Shown piece after piece: positions 60,953 through 64,000 of a stretch of DNA of 64,000 nt. How positions within the stretch are numbered: position 1 is the first letter of the stretch; each line of letters opens with the position of its first letter. The stretch is from a virus. Under the pieces are notes generated by a model. That model worked only from the letters and a program-made list of their open reading frames with translations. It searched no databases and was not told where the DNA came from. The stretch spans positions 1 through 64,000 of IMG/VR virus record IMGVR_UViG_3300019776_000550; one strand, 5' to 3'. The position numbers and the translations under genes were made by a program.

Positions 60953-61933
60953 ATGAATGAGTTACTAGAAGGATTAGAAAAAATCACAAAAGTAGAACCA
61001 CTGTTAACATCAGTTAATGCAGAAACAAATGATAATGCTGCTTCTTTTGAAAATAATCAAATAGCAGAACCTCAACCTACAGCAACAGAAACTTCTGTTG
61101 GAGATAACGGTTTTGAATCAGAAGAAGACCTTATTAATTATGTAGCTGCTAATTTAGAAATAGACGATTTTAAACCTAGCAAATCAGGTATTGATGCTAT
61201 AGTTGAATTAGCTCAATATAAGCTTAACAGTATTCAAGAACAATACAGGTCTTTTGAAAATCAAGAATTACTTGAATACAAAGAACATCTTGAAAACGGA
61301 GGTAATTACGAAACATTTAAACAAATTCAAAGTCTTGACAATGAATATGCTAAAATTGTAGTAATGGAAGATGATATTGAAGGACAAGAAGCTTTGGCAA
61401 AACATATTTACGATTTACAAGGTTTAGATGAAGTTGATATTGAATCATTGATTGAAAAAAGAAAAGATAATGGTACTCTTTTTGATTTTGCATATCAAGG
61501 TTTAAATAGATTAGCTGAAATTAGAGAAGCTGAAGTACAAGAAGCTAGAAATCGTATTTCTGCTGAAATAGAAGCTAACAATAGAGCTGCTATGCAATTT
61601 CAGCAAGAAATTGAAAATGCTTTAAAAACAAACAATTTTAATGGAGTTCGTTTAGATAATAATGTGTTGAGAGAAGTTGAAAAGCAACTCACGATTGATG
61701 CTAATGGGCAAATACCTTTGCAAGAAACTGTAAATAATTTTAACGGAACTCAACATACTTTAATGAATTACTTTGCTTATTGTTTAGCAAATAATCTACC
61801 AATTGAATATAAACCTGTTAATGCAAGACCTGTAGGTAATAACAAACCTATACACTCTATTTTAAATAAACAATCATCTATTCAAGAAAAACAAGGTAAA
61901 TTAGAAGATTTATTGCCACTTATAAAACCATAA
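60953..61933 (+). CDS. Putative scaffold-like protein
   Basis: Acidic helical protein between the portal and capsid genes. Confidence 0.55.
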   Translation: MNELLEGLEKITKVEPLLTSVNAETNDNAASFENNQIAEPQPTATETSVGDNGFESEEDLINYVAANLEIDDFKPSKSGIDAIVELAQYKLNSIQEQYRSFENQELLEYKEHLENGGNYETFKQIQSLDNEYAKIVVMEDDIEGQEALAKHIYDLQGLDEVDIESLIEKRKDNGTLFDFAYQGLNRLAEIREAEVQEARNRISAEIEANNRAAMQFQQEIENALKTNNFNGVRLDNNVLREVEKQLTIDANGQIPLQETVNNFNGTQHTLMNYFAYCLANNLPIEYKPVNARPVGNNKPIHSILNKQSSIQEKQGKLEDLLPLIKP

Positions 61934-61942
61934 TATAATAAC

Positions 61943-63463
61943 ATGTATCCTTTTAAATCCGACATAGTTCTAGGTGAAGGAATCTACAACGATAATGAAT
62001 ATGCAGGTATTCAAAGACTTGATGCTATTCGTCAATCTAGTGGTATTGACCCTGCCATTAAAGAACTTTTAAACAGTCAAGCAGTTTATGCTTTTGGTAA
62101 TGATGCTCAATTTGGTAGCAAAAACTTTCCTATTCTTATGCAAACGCAAGGTATGGGAAGAAAACGTGCTGTAACATCTTATGATGGGCAAGTTTATAAT
62201 ATGATTTTTGGTAAACCAAAGAAAGTATCTGTAATTGCTCGTACTATTCAATATGGTACTGATACAGTAGGTTTAAATTACAATCCTTTTTATATTATTT
62301 TTAAAGACCGTCATTTCATGAAAAATCAAATTATCATGGCTGGTGGTATTATGGGTAATGTTCAAGTACAACTCAAAGATGGTGGAGTTAAAGAAGGTGC
62401 TGGTTGGAAATACCAATGTGTTGTTTTTGGTAAAGTAACTGATTTTGTTCGTTCAAGTTATCTTCGTGCTAATCAAGTATGGGCAGAAGGAGTTGTTAAA
62501 GTTTCTCAAGAACACTCACGAGGAACTGAACATCGTAGTTATGGCCCTTCACGTGTACAAAATCAACTATCTTTGATTCGTCAATCTATTAAAGTAGCTG
62601 GTAACATTGCTAACAAAGTACTTAACTTTACTATCAATGTTGATGGTAAGTCTATTAAGAGTTTTGTTGAGTGGGAAAAGTATTTGACAGAACTTGCGTT
62701 TAACGAAAAGAAAGAAACTGATATTCTACTTTCTAAATCAAATCGTGGAGAAGATGGTTTTGTACAAAACTTTGATGCTGACAGTAACAAACCTGTAGTT
62801 TCAGGTCACGGTATTATCAATCAAATTCCTGATACACACGTTCTTTCATATACACGTATGACAGAAAAGAAACTTGATACTTTCCTTACAGATACACTTG
62901 ATATTAGTATGAATCTTGATACAGATTTGACTAAGACTAAGGTTGTTGATATTATGGGAGGTTATGGTTTGTTCCAAGAATTTGATTATGCTATGAAGCG
63001 TAATATGAATACTCTTGTACCAATGCTTAATTCTGATTTGTTTATTCAAAAGAATGGAGAAGGTGGTCTTACTTATGGTGGTTACTTTACTCAATACAAA
63101 CACCGTTCAGGAGCTGTTTATCGCTTTACACATCACCCATTCTTTGAAAATAGTGCTGTAGCTCAATCTGCTCCTCGTCACCCTGTTACAAATCGTCCTA
63201 TTACTTCTTACGAAGGTATTATTTTGAACTTTGCTGAAATTTCAATGGGTGAAGGTAAAACAGCACCAAATATTGAGTTTCTTTATGAAGAAGGTCGTGA
63301 ATACATTGAAGGTACTGTAAGAGGTATGGCTAAGATTGAAGGTCGTCAAGGTGGTGATATTAGCACTGATATTGATGCTTCATCATTGGAGATGATGTGT
63401 TCACAAGGAGTACACGTAAACCAACCACTAGGTCTTGGTTATGTTAGATGTAAACTATCTTAA
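61943..63463 (+). CDS. Major capsid protein
   Basis: 506 aa; crAss-like gene order; G.G...QI, GGYF..Y, HP.T..P..SY motifs. Confidence 0.82.
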   Translation: MYPFKSDIVLGEGIYNDNEYAGIQRLDAIRQSSGIDPAIKELLNSQAVYAFGNDAQFGSKNFPILMQTQGMGRKRAVTSYDGQVYNMIFGKPKKVSVIARTIQYGTDTVGLNYNPFYIIFKDRHFMKNQIIMAGGIMGNVQVQLKDGGVKEGAGWKYQCVVFGKVTDFVRSSYLRANQVWAEGVVKVSQEHSRGTEHRSYGPSRVQNQLSLIRQSIKVAGNIANKVLNFTINVDGKSIKSFVEWEKYLTELAFNEKKETDILLSKSNRGEDGFVQNFDADSNKPVVSGHGIINQIPDTHVLSYTRMTEKKLDTFLTDTLDISMNLDTDLTKTKVVDIMGGYGLFQEFDYAMKRNMNTLVPMLNSDLFIQKNGEGGLTYGGYFTQYKHRSGAVYRFTHHPFFENSAVAQSAPRHPVTNRPITSYEGIILNFAEISMGEGKTAPNIEFLYEEGREYIEGTVRGMAKIEGRQGGDISTDIDASSLEMMCSQGVHVNQPLGLGYVRCKLS

Positions 63464-63472
63464 TTAAATTAT

Positions 63473-64000
63473 ATGACTGCACAAACCGTAGAAAGAAAAG
63501 CTATTGCATTCGCTTGTTTTAACAATGCTTATTTACCAAAAAAGTTTGTTGAAGAGTTTGACAATAAGCAAGTACCCTATACTATAGGATACGGAGAATT
63601 TGGAATTAACAGACCTATACCTCTTGAAACAGAAACTAAAGTTCCTGCGTTTGCTAAATTAGTAGGAGTAGACTTTAACAATCCTAATTGGACAGAGCGA
63701 GTTGAAGACTTTTTAGCTGAATGGGAAATTAAAATCCCATTAGGAGAAATGAAAGGTTCTAAAGTAGATGGAGGAATGATTTTAGATGGTGGATATAGAC
63801 AAGATGAAAATGGTATTATTCATCCAAACGACATCAATGCTTATATTGCACTTAATCTTATGAGTCAGGATGGTGAAGTTGGTAAAGATGTTGATAGTTA
63901 CAAATACAAATCTCAATACAAGTTTTTCTGTTTAGATGTTACAAAACAAAAAGCAGAAGAAATTGCATCTATTGAGAATGAGAAAAAGAATTATCAACGT
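63473..64000 (+). CDS. Conserved protein downstream of MCP (3'-truncated)
   Basis: ATG at 63473 (MTAQTVERK...), open to the window end. Confidence 0.6.
   Translation, partial: MTAQTVERKAIAFACFNNAYLPKKFVEEFDNKQVPYTIGYGEFGINRPIPLETETKVPAFAKLVGVDFNNPNWTERVEDFLAEWEIKIPLGEMKGSKVDGGMILDGGYRQDENGIIHPNDINAYIALNLMSQDGEVGKDVDSYKYKSQYKFFCLDVTKQKAEEIASIENEKKNYQR

Noticed and set aside
1866-63103. Short antisense or nested ORFs in the track (e.g. 4395-4793, 12665-12847, 32800-33234, 46323-46736, 49574-49874, 62069-63103)
   Set aside because: They overlap well-supported genes on the opposite strand or in another frame and have no recognisable motifs.
42569-63463. Introns or inteins in PolB, terminase or MCP
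   Set aside because: The ORFs are continuous, of expected size, and show no homing-endonuclease or intein motifs.
1-64000. Stop-codon reassignment (TAG/TGA), common in some crAss-like phages
   Set aside because: The standard code gives intact, densely packed long ORFs, and TAG and TGA both end genes at sensible boundaries.

Overview
A very AT-rich 64-kb segment of a crAss-like (Crassvirales-type) phage that most likely infects a Bacteroidota/Flavobacteriia host. It reads in the standard genetic code. Block 1 (+, 1-23.3 kb) holds the giant virion cargo/ejection genes, including a 3953-aa virion RNA polymerase (DFDID motif, zincin domain, inserted accessory domain) and a 2027-aa polyvalent protein, followed by lysis genes. 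Block 2 (-, 23.5-50.4 kb) holds nucleotide metabolism and replication genes (ThyX, dNMP kinase, MazG, glycosyltransferase, UNG, RusA-like, primase, AAA ATPase, DnaB-like and SF2 helicases, PolB), preceded by small putative early genes. Block 3 (+, 50.9-64 kb) holds RepL-like, nuclease, terminase, portal, scaffold and major capsid genes. The main finding is the largely non-coding putative early leader at about 47.3-50.2 kb (- strand). It carries a canonical twister ribozyme, a type I hammerhead ribozyme with a loop-bulge pseudoknot and a second, variant twister, all co-oriented. These are interleaved with tiny ORFs and several unexplained pseudoknotted RNAs, and sit downstream of a phage-encoded Csx15-like gene (candidate anti-type III CRISPR). 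All calls come from reading motifs and base-pairing by eye; no searches were run.
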